In this document: positions 26,251-39,784 of the stretch, in pieces | Position numbering within the stretch: the stretch's first letter is position 1 | Layout: each line of letters opens with the position of its first letter | Assembly (NCBI RefSeq): GCF_963921235.1 | Contig: NC_086109.1 | Span: forward strand, 20,586,001 to 20,650,000 | DNA: 64,000 nt | From: Mobula hypostoma | Taxonomy: Eukaryota | Reading direction: 5' to 3' | Program-made: the position numbers and the translations under genes | The notes under the pieces: model-generated | Databases searched by the model: none | Told to the model about the DNA's origin: nothing | The model's input: only the letters and a program-made list of their open reading frames with translations

Positions 26251-29200
26251 GTGCAGCATTCTCTTGACAAAATGAAGTTGGACAAATATTAAAAAGTGAA
26301 AATTATGTGGGTGTTATGTGGAAATGTGGGCAAGGTAGACAAGTGAACTATCTAACTAGGTATTTTTTTTCTTCAAAAGAGTTGGCACACAGTCGGGAAA
26401 AATATTTATTCATCTGTTACATTTTTTAAATCACTTTGGTCAACTCGAAACACTTTGCATCCAATAAAATACTTCTAATGTACTACAAAGGAAGGAATAT
26501 TTATGAACTGAAACAACTTCTTCTGTAATGTACTTGTTTATGCTTCTATCTGACATTACCTTCAATTCTAATACTACAGAGAAGGATTACATCCTCCTTA
26601 AGTTTCTTTGGTTGATGGCCAATAGCCATGCTCTTCCGACTTAGAGCTGAGGTTAACAATGTTTTATATTCATAATAGGTACCATTTTTCAGACTGCAAA
26701 GCCAGATACTGCTCCACTTTAGAGTTGCTTTAATGGCACCAAACTTTGAAAATCTGAAGATTAAAGGAGGTGTGATGCCAAATAAATAGTTAACTATCAA
26801 ATTATATGTCAAACCAGTTTCAAAGATTAAAGAAAGCAAACTTCACATTTTCCATGTGCTTATCTAAAAGCCTCTTTTATGCCTCTATCACATCTACCTC
26901 CTTTGCTTTTGGTTATGTAGGTTGGATCATGATATCAGTTGAATAATCTAAACTGACAGCTTTGAATAATGCAAGATGGATCATCCAACTAAAATATTAA
27001 CTCCCTTTCTCTTTTCACAGATGTGGCCTGGCCCAGTGATTATTTCCTGCCATTTTTGTTTTATTTAAGATTTCCAGAATCTGCTTTTTTATTATGCATT
27101 TGTTGAATGCACTGGCATTTCTCTTCCAGCATTCTGATGAAGGGCCTTTGACCTGATAAGCTAACTTTGTTTCTCTTCATATAGCTGCAGCCCGACCTGC
27201 AGTGTGTTTCCACCATATTCTGTTTTTATTTTTTTTTTACTTCACGTTTCCAGCATTTGCAATATTTTTTGATTTTTGACTAATGCATCTTGTTTTGGAA
27301 AATGTCACAAGCGACAGGATTATTTACTAATCCGTTTTTCACACTGAGAGGTTTCCAGATTCATTTTCTGAAGGAATGCACTCAAGGTTTCTTAGACCCC
27401 CTTTAGATAAAGTAGATTTACTGCCTCAGTAAATTCCCTTGGAGCATTAAGTCTTACATTCAGGTGGCTAATACTGACGCTGATCCTTGCTAATCCCCCT
27501 TCAGTCTGTTTTACAGACCAAGGATCACTGACGGACATTTAAGTTGTTGTGGGAAAACCTGCCTGAATGCCTGACCTCTGGTCTGACTCCTCACCCGCTT
27601 CCCAGTGCTTGTGCCTTTGACTGCATTATGCCATTTTCTTGAGAACACAAGCCAAAAAAAAACCCTCATATTTGCTTAATTAGGCTCAACAAAATACAGC
27701 ACCCTGGTGAGGGGGCAAGGAATATTTATGAAAATATATTAGACCACTCATAAAAAAATGCACTTCAATTGCTGAATTATTAACGCTATAAGAATGCCAA
27801 TTTTACAGTTACTGATTTAATCAGAAACAAAAGCATCCACTGAGATCACAAGATAAAGGGGCTCCAAATGGAAACATTTAAAAGTTTTGCAATATTATGT
27901 GTATACATTTTAAGAGAAAAAATAACTTTTCCCTTGTAAGCTCTTTTCTCCCTAAAGGCAGCACAGTGGGCGAGGAGTAAGACACTATCTGAGCGTTTAT
28001 GACCAAAGATGTGCAGTGGTTGATCAGTCATGCACGCAGTACCAATTTCACTCTGCAATTAGCTTTCTCTGCTAACACTGTATTGAGAGACGGGCACACA
28101 CTGGGATAAACACAGACCCTTCAAGGTTACAGTCATTCATATCTACTTAATGAAACAGCTGTATTTGTCAAAGATTAGACACTCAAATCCATGCTCTGAC
28201 TCTCAAGGCTGCTGCTTCCCTACTATATACCTTATTACCACAGATGTCTAAAACCACCAAGAGGGGCTCCCAAAGGGCATATCTCATGACCTCCTACATA
28301 CTGTGTTATTTTCACATCCTTGAAAAGTCAGTGATAAACAGACACATAGGTTAGGGGAAAAGAACAAAGCTGTGAGAAAACACTGACTGAGATACTGTGT
28401 CAATGACTTGTGCTCTTTGCCTGAATGTGTGTAGTAAGCTCACTAATTACTTGTTCCCTTTACTATTCCCTTTTTATTTTGCTATTATACCAGTTTAGGT
28501 TGGTGAGGGGCAAGGGGGGGTGCAGAAGCAAAGGACTGGTCTTCGTCAGCTGTATTAGATCAACAAGCTGTTTTACAGTGCCTAGTTTTGATCTTCAATT
28601 AATTAGCAGTATCAAGTACAAATCAGATTTTATTATTGCACAGTCACTTCAAACCATCAGCAGTTTCATCACATTACAAGATGACAATCAGGGCTAAAGG
28701 AGCTAGACACAGGCACTCGGTCCAGGCAACATATTATAAAAAGATTATGATGCTACTTAAGAAGCTGCAAAAAGATTGACATGGGTAATATGACAACTGA
28801 GAGAACATACTCATCAAAACGACTGAATACACAGCAGCTCTTTTCTCTAGGAAAGAGGGAGTTGAGGTTTTTAAAGCTAATAGAAGGATTTGATAGGATA
28901 AATATACAAACATGTTGTCTTTGGATGTTATCTAAATCAGGGTGATCAATAATCCAAAAGGAATTCAGAAAAAAATTGTTTTTATCATGAGAATATGGAA
29001 TGTGTTACCATATGGAATAACTTAAATGAATAGCAATAGGAAATTTGAAAAATACTCTCGGAAGAATTAAGAACTGCACACTGATTGGGGTTAAATAAAG
29101 ATGATATTTGCATGGACCATAGCCCAGTTGGGCTGAACAACAGCATATCCCTATGGGGTAGACTGGATGAAAATGGAGGGTGGTCCACAGAACTGCTGCC

Positions 29201-29828
29201 AACAGGAAAGAATATAACGAAACACTTATTAAAAATTTGAAAAAGCTACCCTCAGATTGAAAAAGACTTTTAAATTACTTCATTATTATTCTGGCCCCAC
29301 TATTGAGTGTAGTATTGAACATGCATTTTCCTACTGTCCTTCAGAAGGACATGATTAGCCACCACTTTGATCCTGCAGCCCATCTGGTAAAGGTATTCCC
29401 ACTGAGATTTAAGGGGAACTTTCAATTGATAGCGATCCCTTATTGCTGCCGTTCTCCTAACGTGCAAAGCACTGCATGGAAGTAAAGCTTATTTGCACTA
29501 ATAGTCCTGATGAAGGGTCTTGCCCCGAAACATTGACTGTTTATTCTTTTCCATAGATGCTACCTGGCCTGCTGAGATCCTCCAGCGTTTTCTATGTGTT
29601 GCCTTGCAGTGATAATAATGGAATAAATATTTCCCCAACTGTGTTTCCCACGAGTGCTTCATTAGAGCGATGATAATCATGCTAAAAGCCTCAATCAAAA
29701 AGTGGTTCAGACAGGTCAAAAATAATGGATAACACTTAATAATTTCCTCTCATCTCCCTAAAATTCAGGCAACACACATCAAAGTTGCTGATGAACGCAG
29801 CAGGCCGGGCAGCATCTCTAGGAAGAGG

Positions 29829-29870
29829 TACAGTCGACGTTTCAGGCCGAGATCCCTTCGTCAGGACTAA
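29829..29870 (-). ncRNA. Minimal hammerhead ribozyme motif in PLE pLTR
   Basis: Minus strand AGTC-CTGACGA-AGGGATCTCGGCCT-GAAAC-GTC-GACT; catalytic core intact, stem I shorter than in the 48.8/49.3 kb copies. Confidence 0.65.
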
Positions 29871-30169
29871 CTGAAGAAAGAGCTAGTAAGAGATTTAAAA
29901 GTGGGAGGGGGAAGGAGAGATCCAAAGTGATAGGAGAGGACAGGAGGGGGAGGGATGGAGCCAAGAGCTGGACAGGTGATTGGCAAAAGGGGATATGAGA
30001 GGATCACGGGACAGGAGGCCCAGGGAGAAGGAAAAGGGAGAGGGGGGGTAAAAACCCAGAGGATGGGCAAGGGGTATAGTCAGAGGGACAGAGGGAGAAG
30101 AAGGAGAGTGAGAGAAAGAATGTGTGTATATAAATAACGGATGGGGTACGAGGGGGAGGTGGAGTATTA

Positions 30170-32074
30170 GCAGAAGTTAGAGAAGTCGATGTTCATGCCA
30201 TCAGGTTGGAGGCTACCCAGATGGAATACAAGGTGTTGTTCCTCCAACCTGAGTGTGGTTTCATCTTTACAGTAGAGGAGGCCGTGGATAGACATGTCAG
30301 AATGGGAATGGGATGTGGAATTAAAATGTGTGGCCACTGGGATATCCTGCTTTCTCTGGTGGACAGAGCGTAGGTGTTCAGCAAAACGATCTCCCAGTCT
30401 GCGTCAGGTCTCGCCAATATATAGAAGGCCACATCGGGAGCACCGGACGCAGTATATCACCCCAGCCGACTCACAGGTGAAGTGTCGCCTCACCTGGAAG
30501 GACTGTCTGGGGCCTTGAATGGTGGTAAGGGAGGAAGTGTAAGGGCATGTGTAGCACTTGTTCCGCCTACAAGGATAAGTGCCAGGAGGGAGATCAGTGG
30601 GGAGGGATGGGGGGGACGAATGGACAAGGGAGTCGCGTAGGGAGCGATCCCTGCAGAAAGCAGAGAGAGGTGGGGAGGGAAAGATGTGCTTAGTGGTGGG
30701 ATCCCGTTGGAGGTGGCGGCAGTTACGGGGAATAATATGTTGGATCCAGATGCTGGTGGGGTGGTAGGTGAGGACCAGGGCAACCCTATTCCTAGTGGGG
30801 TGGCGGGAGGATGGAGTGAGAGCAGATGTGCGTGAAATGGGGGAGATGCGTTTGAGAGAAGAGTTGATGGTGGAGGAAGGGAAGCCCCTTTCTTTAAAAA
30901 AGGAGGACATCTCCCTGGTCCTGGAATGAAAAGCCTCATCCTGAGAGCAGATGCGGCGGAGACGGAGGAATTGCGAGAAGGTGATGGCATTTTTGCAAGA
31001 GACAGGGTGAGAAGAGGAATAGTCCAGATAGCTGTGAGAGTCAGTAGGCTTATAGTAGACATCAGTAGATAAGCTGTCTCCAGAGATAGAGACAGAAAGA
31101 TCTAGAAAGGGGAGGGAGGTGTCGGAAATGGACCAGGTAAACTTGAGGGCAGGGTGAAAGTTGGAGGCAAAGTCAATAAAGTCAACGAGTTCTGCATGCG
31201 TGCAGGAAGCAGCACCAATTCAGTCGTCGATGTAGCGAAGGAAAAGTGGGAGACAGATACCAGAATAGGTACGGAACATAGATTGTTCCACAAAGCCAAC
31301 AAAAAGGCAGGCATAGCTCGGACCCATGCAGGTGCCCACAGCTACACCTTTAGTTTGGAGGAAGTGGGAGGAGCCAAAGGAAAAATTATTAAGAGTAAGG
31401 ACTAATTCCGCTAGACGGAGCAGAGTGGTGGTAGAGGGGAACTGATTAGGTCTGGAATCCAAAAAGAAGCGGAGAGCTTTGAGACCTTCCTGATGGGGGA
31501 TGGAAGTACATAGGGACTGGTCATCCATGGTGAAAATAAAGCGGTGGGGGCCAGGGAACTTAAAATCATCGAAAAGTTTAAGAGCGTGAGAAGTGTCACG
31601 AACATAGGTAGGAAGGGATTGAACAAGGGGGGATAAAACCGTGCGAGGTATGCAGAAACGAGTTCGGTGGGGCAGGAGCAAGCTGAGACAATAGGTCTGC
31701 CAGGACAGGCAAGTTTGTGGATCTTGGGTAGGAGGTAGAAACGGGAAGTGCGAGGTGTGGGAACTATAAGGTTGGTAGCAGTGGATGGGAGATCCCCTGA
31801 GCGGATAAAGTCGGTGATGGTGTGGGAGACAATGGCCTGGTGCTCCTTAGTGGGGTCACGATCGAGGGGTAAATAAGAGGAGGTATCCGCGAGTTGTCGC
31901 TGTGCCTCGGCAAGGTAGAGGTCAGTGCGCCAGACTACAACAGCACCCCCCTTATCGGCGGGTTTAATAGTAAGGTTAGGAGTAGTGCGGAAGGAGTGGA
32001 GAGCAGAGTGTTCGGAAGGAGTGAGGTTGGAATTGGAACAAGGCGTGGTGAAGTCGAGACGGTTGATGTCCCGT
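30170..32074 (-). pseudogene. Disrupted PLE RT + GIY-YIG endonuclease ORF
   Basis: KPADKGGAVVV, YLLPKIHK, PGRPIVS, QTKGVAVGTCMGPSYA, FLRYIDD, Cys linker PCRRNKCYTC and GVIYCVRCSRCGLLYIGET, split across frames with stops. Confidence 0.93.
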
Positions 32075-32918
32075 CTCCTGTGCCTCCTGTTCCATGATCT
32101 TCTCATACCCCTTTTGCCAATCACCTGTCCAGCTCTTGGCTCCATCCCTCCCCCTCCTGTCTTCTCCTATCATTTTGGATCTCCCCCTCCCCCTTCCACT
32201 TTTAAATCTCTTACTAGCTCTTTCTTCAGTTAGTCCTGACAAAGGGTCTCGGCCTGAAACGTCAACTGTACCTCTTCCTAGAGATGCTGCCTGGCCTACT
32301 GCCTTCACCAGCAACTTTCATGTGTGTTGCTTGAAATTCCAGCATCTGCAGAATTCCTCGTGTTTGCGTCCCTAAAATTCAGATTTGTTCAGTGGACATT
32401 GAATGATAATAAACTCTGAAGGTTCCAAGTTTCATTTGCTGGCTGTTCTGAGTTCATTTGGGCCAACAGGATAGATGTCATAAATGGTTACAGCACTTTT
32501 GGATTTTGAAAGGAAGGAAAATCAGACGCAATGTTCACCATCCACCCACTTCATGCAAACATCTTTGAGAAATTATCTTGTTTCGATTCTGGGTGTTGTC
32601 AAACTAGGTATTGGAAACTGCTGGTTATACTACTGAACTAATCCAGAGAATACATGTACCAATCCTACCATATTAGATCATGAATTTCAATCATGTTTAC
32701 AATCAGAATTTCAATCTGTTTTATATTCTAAACCAACATCTATGACTCAGAACAATATCCTCTGATCTCCGAATTGGTATGGAATCGGGGAACTGGTCAT
32801 GTCCAATAAGCGCAGATCTTGGACCGTCACATCCTCCAGAATGAATGAATACAAGACAATCATTGTTAGTGTTATACCCAGCTACAAGCTGGCAGCCGAA
32901 AGAAAGCTTAGTCTAAGA

Positions 32919-33250
32919 CAGTGGTCCCCAACCTCCGGGCCGCGGACCAATAGCGATCCGCGAAGCATGCAGGGGTGCCACGGTAGCCGGGACGCACTCA
33001 GCACATCTTTAAGAAAAAAGCCAAAATAAACAAGCTAGTTAATTAGGTGCCGCCCGGCACGTAAATGTCGGCTCAGATCAGAGGTGACGCAATCGGCAAT
33101 CGCCTCTGATCTGAGCCGACATTTACATGCCGGGCGGCACCTAATTAACTAGCTTGTTTATTTTAGCTTTTTTCTTAAAGATGTGCTGAGTGCGTCCCGG
33201 CTACCGTTGTACCCCTGCATGCTTGGCGGCCCGGAGGTTGGGGACCACTG
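32919..33250. mobile_element. hAT (Charlie-like) MITE, near-perfect 332-bp palindrome
   Basis: TIR cagtggtccccaacctccgggccgc; 8-bp target duplication gtctaaga / gtctaagg. Confidence 0.92.
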
Positions 33251-33324
33251 GTCTAAGGGTTTCCACCTTGAACTTGCTGGATTTAGGACCTATGATCTGC
33301 CAACTTTTAACAACCACTATGCAA

Positions 33325-34368
33325 ATACAATTGAATCCTCGACTTCCTAACCAGAAAATCACAGTCTGTGCGAATCGGTGATAATATATCTTCCTGACAA
33401 TCAACACTGGCGCACCTCAGGGGTGTGTGCTTAGCCCACTGCTCTACTCTCTATATACACATGACTGCGTGGCTAGGTATAGCTCAAATACCATCTATAA
33501 ATTTGATAACAATACAACCATTGTTGGTAGAGTCTCAGGTGGGGACGAGAAGGCGAACAGGTGTGAGATATACCAACTAGTGGAGTGGTGCTGCAGCAAC
33601 AACCTGGTACTGAACGTCAGTAAGACGCAAGAGCTTCAGGAAGGGCAAGACGAAGGAACACATACCAATCCTCAGAGAAATGAGACGTGGACAGAGTGAG
33701 CAGCTTCAAGTTCCTGGGTGTCAAGATCTGAGTATCTAACCTGGTCCCAACATATCAATGTAGTTATAAAGAAGGCAAGACAAGGGCTGTACTTTGTGAT
33801 GAGATTGAAGAGCATGTCAACAAATACACTCAAAAACTTCTGTAGTTGTACTGTGGAGAGCATTCTGACAGGCTGCATCACTGTTTGGTATGGAGGGGCT
33901 ACTGCACATAAGGTTGTAAATCTAGTCAGCTCCATCTTGGGCACTAGTCTACAAAGTACCCAGGATACCTTTAGGGAGCGGTGTCTCAGAAAGGCAGTAT
34001 CCATTATGAAGGACCTCCAGCACCCAGGGCATGCCCTTTTCTCACTGTTACCATCAGGTAGGAGGTACGAAGCCTGAAGGCACACACTCAGCAATTCAGG
34101 AACAGCTTCTTTCCCTCTGCATTCCGATTTCTAAATGGACATTGAAGCTTTGGACACTACCTCAGTTTGAAAAAAAATACAGTATTTCTGTTTTGGCATG
34201 TTTTTTTAAATCTATTCAATATACACAATTGATTTGCTTGTTTGTTTATTATGTCTTATTTTATTTATTTTTTTTTCTCTCTCTGCTAGATTATGTATTG
34301 CATTGAACTGCTGCTGCTAAGTTAACAAATTTCACCTCACATGCCGGTGATAATAAATCTGATTCTGA
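33325..34368 (+). mobile_element. Rex1/Babar LINE RT 3' portion (degenerate)
   Basis: TGAPQGCVLSPLLYSLYTHDCVA..KFDNNTTIVG; ESILTGCITVWYG; HPGHALFSLLPSGRRY; tail gataataaatctgattctga. Confidence 0.9.
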
Positions 34369-36994
34369 TGGACATACCCAAGTTCACATTTGAAACATGT
34401 TTTTCTCATGCAGCATGCTACATAAAGTTCTCCTTCCAAAGAGCAGAGAGCAGTCCATAAAATTAATAAAATAAAATGTCTTTGCAGATCAGAGTAGGAT
34501 ACTAGTCACAGGAAAATTAATGTGCAACTTCGCCTTACTAGTATCGATAAGTAATGCACAAGACAGAATCATTTAATGAAAACTCAAGGAAAAATTCCAT
34601 AGGACTTTGCATGGTTGAATGTATTAGGAAAGGCCTGACAACCAGAGATTCTTCGGCTATTTGGCACAATGCTCTTACTTAGCCCCAGGAGCTTCTGGGG
34701 AAAACAAGGGTTCTTTAAATCTCTCTTCACAAATTAGAATTAGGAAGAGAACCAATGCAAAAGTTCTTTGTTATTTTAGCAACAGAACCAAACAGAAAAG
34801 TCAAGAGTTATAAAATTAAAATATCTCAGATGTGTTCCAATATGGGTTTACCCAAGTTCGGAGTTCAGCAAAATAACTAGAGAAAAGTGCACAAGATAGA
34901 ACTATTTGATGGAAACCCTGAAGAGAAATTCTGCAGGACTTTGTGTGGTGTAATTCATTAAGAATGGATCGAGCTTGACAAGCTTGAATCCTCTGGCTAT
35001 TTGGCTCACTCCTCACACTTGAGCACAGGAGCTGAGGAAACCTGGGCCTTCAAATCTCAGGCTCTGAATTAGAATCAGATGTAGAAGCAATGAAAAAATT
35101 GGAGTCATGACTCAGTAGATTCGATGGAATTTTTGAGTCACCACTTTAAATCTAATGATTATCAAGTCATTATAAATATTTTGTGGTATATTTCTAATTT
35201 TTTTGAAGCTCGTTCCACAAGGATGAGAAGATGCTTGCTTTAAATTGGCAGAGGCTCTCCTTTCATATTCCCCAAATGCTTAGTAGCCTTCCATTTCTTC
35301 AAACTTAATGTGCATCAAAGCTAGTGGCATCTTCTGGTGCTAATGCAGTCAGTAGGACCATTCAAACAAACTATTTAAAAAGTAGTACCACCAACATCAA
35401 TTAGGTTTTCCCCTCTGGAAAGCAACTTGGTCACTTTTCTTTTCATCTGCTACCATGATGTCCAACACACATCACAATCGTTTTTTAGCATCATAGAATA
35501 TTTCAGCTCAACTGCAGGCCATTTACCCGTCATACTTGTGTCAGCTTCTGGAAAGAGTTTTCCCAATTAGTCTGGGCTTCCTACATCCCAACCAACTTCT
35601 GATCCACACAATGACCCTGTAATTTTTTCCCCCTTTGAGAATTTATCCACTTCCCTTTAGAAAGTTATTACTGAATATGCCTTCCTTTCAGTCTATGCAA
35701 CCATGATTATAACAACCTATCAATAAAAAGAATCTCCCTCTGGCTCTTTTGCCAGTAACGATTTGAGAAGATTGATGTTATTTCAGAGACAGCAATGAAA
35801 TAAACAGGTTAGGGTCACCAAGAAAGCTGTAGAAAGAGGAAAACAAACAACAGTCATCCAATGGGACACCAACATTCACTGAACGAAGTGGAACTTCAAG
35901 ACTAACAAGTTAAACTCACACACAACCCAAGTTGCACCAAATGCTCATTTCCGATTTTGAACTGCAAATTAGAACACTATGAGGATAACTACTTGATGTA
36001 CTTTTACTTTCCTGCAGAACCAAAAAGAATTACATTAAAATTTCCATACATTTACCCATTGCTGTTTTATATAAATCTTACATTCAACAAAAATAATCAA
36101 GCACTAGATGGAATTATTGAAAAGCAATTGTGCAGTATTTTGCATGGTGTAACTTTAAAGCTGATGGACTATGCCTGTGCAACACAAGCTAAAGCTGGAA
36201 GCTATTAGTAGCTGGATGGATAAAGATCAAATAATTCTCTTTAGACCAATTTGCTCTTGGTTATTGAGCAAGTGGTGGAGGAGGGGTGTGGTAAGGGGTG
36301 GGGAGCAGAGTCCACATTAAGCTGAGGCACAGGTGCTGGCAGCCCTATTGATGTTGAGCCCCAGCTCCTGCTGTGGCTACTACACAGCAGATTACACCAG
36401 CCACTCCAAAAATAAAGCACATCACGTAAAAGGATTTGAGACTGGCAATGAGTACCAGAGGGGAAAAAAAAATCAACACTGAAATGAATAGCTGGTTCGA
36501 GTAATATCGTGAGAGCGGTAATGCTTTCTTGAAACAGTTTCACAGCTGGATTAACTAAGCACCTCATAAGCACGTGGGGACAAAATCCCTTTCACTAGGT
36601 ACAGTTGCAATGGTGTGGTATTTTTTCATGTTTGTTGCACAGGTCTTTGGAAACATCCAGCTCAATCTAACCCATCCTTTCTGCAGAAGCTATTCCTAAA
36701 TTAGCAACAGGCCAAAGAGACCAGTTCTGAGATTCCAGACGAAGAAATTTTTATGTACCTCAGTTTTAGATAATCATGTCCCCTCATTCAAGACTCTCAC
36801 TATTGAAAATATCTCAGTGCCTATTCTGTCATACCCCTTTAGGATCTTATAGGTTCAGTAGGTCACCCAGTATTCTTTTAAACTCCAAGGAATACAAACC
36901 AACCTGATTAGCTCATATTGATAGATAATCCTCTCATCCCAGCTATCAGCCTTTTGAATCTCTTTTGGACTGCTTCTAGTATCAGCACCATCAC

Positions 36995-37305
36995 CATGAA
37001 GGATATTCTTAAAAGACGATTCCTCAAGAAGACAGCATTCATCATTAAGGACCCTCACCATCCAAGACACATCCTCTCCTCATTACTTCCATCAGGGAGG
37101 AGGAGCAGCAGCCTGAAGACACATACTCAACGTTTTAGGAACAGCTTCTTCCCCACCACTACCAGAGTTCTGAGCGGTTCATGAACCCATGTACACTATT
37201 TTACTCACTTTTTGCACTATTTATTAATTATTCTTATTGTAATTTATAGTATAAAAGTAATTGTACTGCTGCTGCAAAACAACAAATTTCAAAACCTGAT
37301 TCTGA
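36995..37305 (+). mobile_element. Rex1 3' fragment nested inside an older minus-strand CR1 fragment (about 36735-37570)
   Basis: IIKDPHHPRHILSSLLPSGRR..RFRNSFFP; flanks resemble reverse-complement CR1. Confidence 0.7.
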
Positions 37306-37600
37306 GATAGGAAGCCCGAAACGGTATGTGGTACTTGAGGTGCAACTGAAAAGGAGCTTACCTATTTCTAGAATCCAGCTCCTGCAATAAAGGCCAATGC
37401 TATTTGCTCTCTTAACTACTTGCATGCCTGCCAGCTAACGTTTTTTTTGAGATTCATGTACAAGAACAGCTAGGTCCCTCTATATTTCACTCCTCAGACT
37501 CTTAATAATGAGTTAATGATCTATTTTTTGAATCTCACATCAAAGTGCATGACCTCACACTTTCCCCACTCACTCATGCATAACCACCTTACACAATATA

Positions 37601-38148
37601 CACTCACTGGCCACTTTATCAGGTACAGGAGTGGAACCCAGTGTGCTCTTCTGCTACTGTAGCCCATCCACTTCAAAGTTTGATGTGTTGTGCATTCAGA
37701 GATGCCCTTCTACATACCACTGTTGCAATAAGTCGTTATTCAAGTTATTGTTGCCTCCCTGTCAGTTTGAACCAGTCTGGCCATTCTCCTCAGAGCTCTC
37801 TCATTAACAAGGTGTTTTCACCCACACAACTGCCACTCTCTAGATTTTTTTATTTTTGTTTTCTGCACCATTCCCTGTAAACCAGAGATTTTTGTGCAAG
37901 AAAATTCCAAAAGATCAGCAGTTTCTCAGATACTCAAACCACCCTGTCTGGCATCAACAATCATTCCACAGTCAAAGTCACTTAGGTCACATTTCTTCCC
38001 CATTCTGATGTTTGGTCTTAACAGCAACTGAACCTCTTGACCATGTCTACATGCTTTCAAGCATTGAGTTGCTGCCACGATTGCCTGATTAGGTATTTAC
38101 AATACTAAGCAAGGGTACAGGTGTACCTAATAAAGAAACCACTGAGGG
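37601..38148 (-). mobile_element. Non-autonomous Tc1-derived element, TA target duplication
   Basis: ta|cactcactggccactttatcaggtaca ... tgtacctaataaagaaaccactgaggg|ta; reverse copy of the 718 family. Confidence 0.87.
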
Positions 38149-39784
38149 TAAATGACAACTGCAACAGATCTTCAGCCTTTTACTAGAAACAACTGAAGAT
38201 AATCCTTCAAAGGACAAGGCACCTGCCTCTGGAGTTACCCAACATAGTAGACATAGATTCTTCATCTAACAGTTCAATATCACTAGAGTTGATATCCTAA
38301 GTTAAATCCAAATTTTACTGAGCCTTTGCCTCAAAAAATTAAGTGTTTTGAAAATCTTAACTTCTAACATTGTAGGAAGTAAAGTTGAATTAATGGATTA
38401 GTTATTCCAGTAACTGCAGTAAACTAATCCAGAAAAATTTATATACATAAAAGGAGGCCATTCAGCTCAAACATCTCCATTTAACATTTTTCCTTGGGAA
38501 ATTCAAAACCAATCCGAAGAAGCCCGCATCTTCCTCAGATTTGAAATATTTATCTACTTTTCCCTTAGGGAGGGGAGTGAAGGGGCAATGCAGTACTGAG
38601 CCAGTCTGTAATAATCCATTAAAAAAAAATATCACACAATGTACTCTTCAGGGAAAAGTACTTCCATTTTTTAAATGCAATAACCTTTAAAGCAATCCTG
38701 TTCAGTAGGGGGAAAAAAAATCAACTTCCATACAGTAAACCTTTGCTATAGTCTGCAGCTGGAAACTACTCAACACAATGAATTTTCTTTGCTGAATTTA
38801 CCCCACTTTAAAATCTAGAAGAGTCTGCATCTCATCCTGATTGGTTTCAATTGGGATATGTAGAACACTGATGACTTGCTCTGAATAGTTCAAATAAGTT
38901 GCAATTACCACCTTTTCAGTTTTATAAATAAATACAGCATCTAATCTACTTTAAAATGTTAGCAAGATGCTACGTATAAATACAATCCTGGTAAAGTATT
39001 TCATCCTCACTACAGACAAGAGAAATAATTTGTGCTTCATTAGTATATATTCCTATTGCCCAAACTTTCTTACACTGCAGTCTAAATGAGTTTGTTGTTT
39101 TGATTTTGCGCCAACAGTAAGGCCGAGCCAATTCTATGTACTGACAGCTGGCGTCCACTCTAATGAGCTACTGCCGCCAAGAAGGAAAAAAAAAAATCAG
39201 AATTAAAACAACACGTAATAAACAACAAAAGATATGACAGAGCAACTCCAAGCCAATAATCCAACGGAAGGGATCAAGTGGCCGTCCATGACAAAATTGG
39301 AATGGCTTGATTAGATTACGCAGCAGTAATCATTCCCATGTATCCCATTATTGTATGCAATTCCCCTGAGGAAAGTGTATTTTGAGCATTTTATAAATAA
39401 CAGCAATAATATTGCTAAGAATAATTATTATTTCTATAAATTCTGTTTTAGGAACAGATTTTTAACATGCAGATGCAATTTTATGGAAAACAGGTTGAAG
39501 CTATAATGAGAAATGTAAAGCTGGTTCATGGAGAGTTCAACTTCCACTCTCTGTGCATTGAGGATGTCTCACCATAACCCAGCTCCACCGACAAAAGTGA
39601 AGTGCATTTTATGCAAATGCCTCCTACAAATTAAAAAAACAAAAAAATTTACTGTCTCAAAGTTTGCATTTTTAATTAGTTCAATGATATGTTGTGGAAG
39701 CTCTCCAAACCACACTCACTCAGTCATCCCAAATCCTTGCTTAAGCAGCCTGATACTGAACTTAGCTGCACACTTCTAAAATGT

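Larger units (their letters stand above)
29769..32368 (-). mobile_element. Neptune-type Penelope-like retroelement, 5'-truncated, with inverted pLTR (32075-32368) and 14-bp target duplication
   Basis: Direct repeat tccctaaaattcag at 29755-29768 and 32369-32382; 32075-32330 is the reverse complement of about 29769-30028. Confidence 0.95.
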
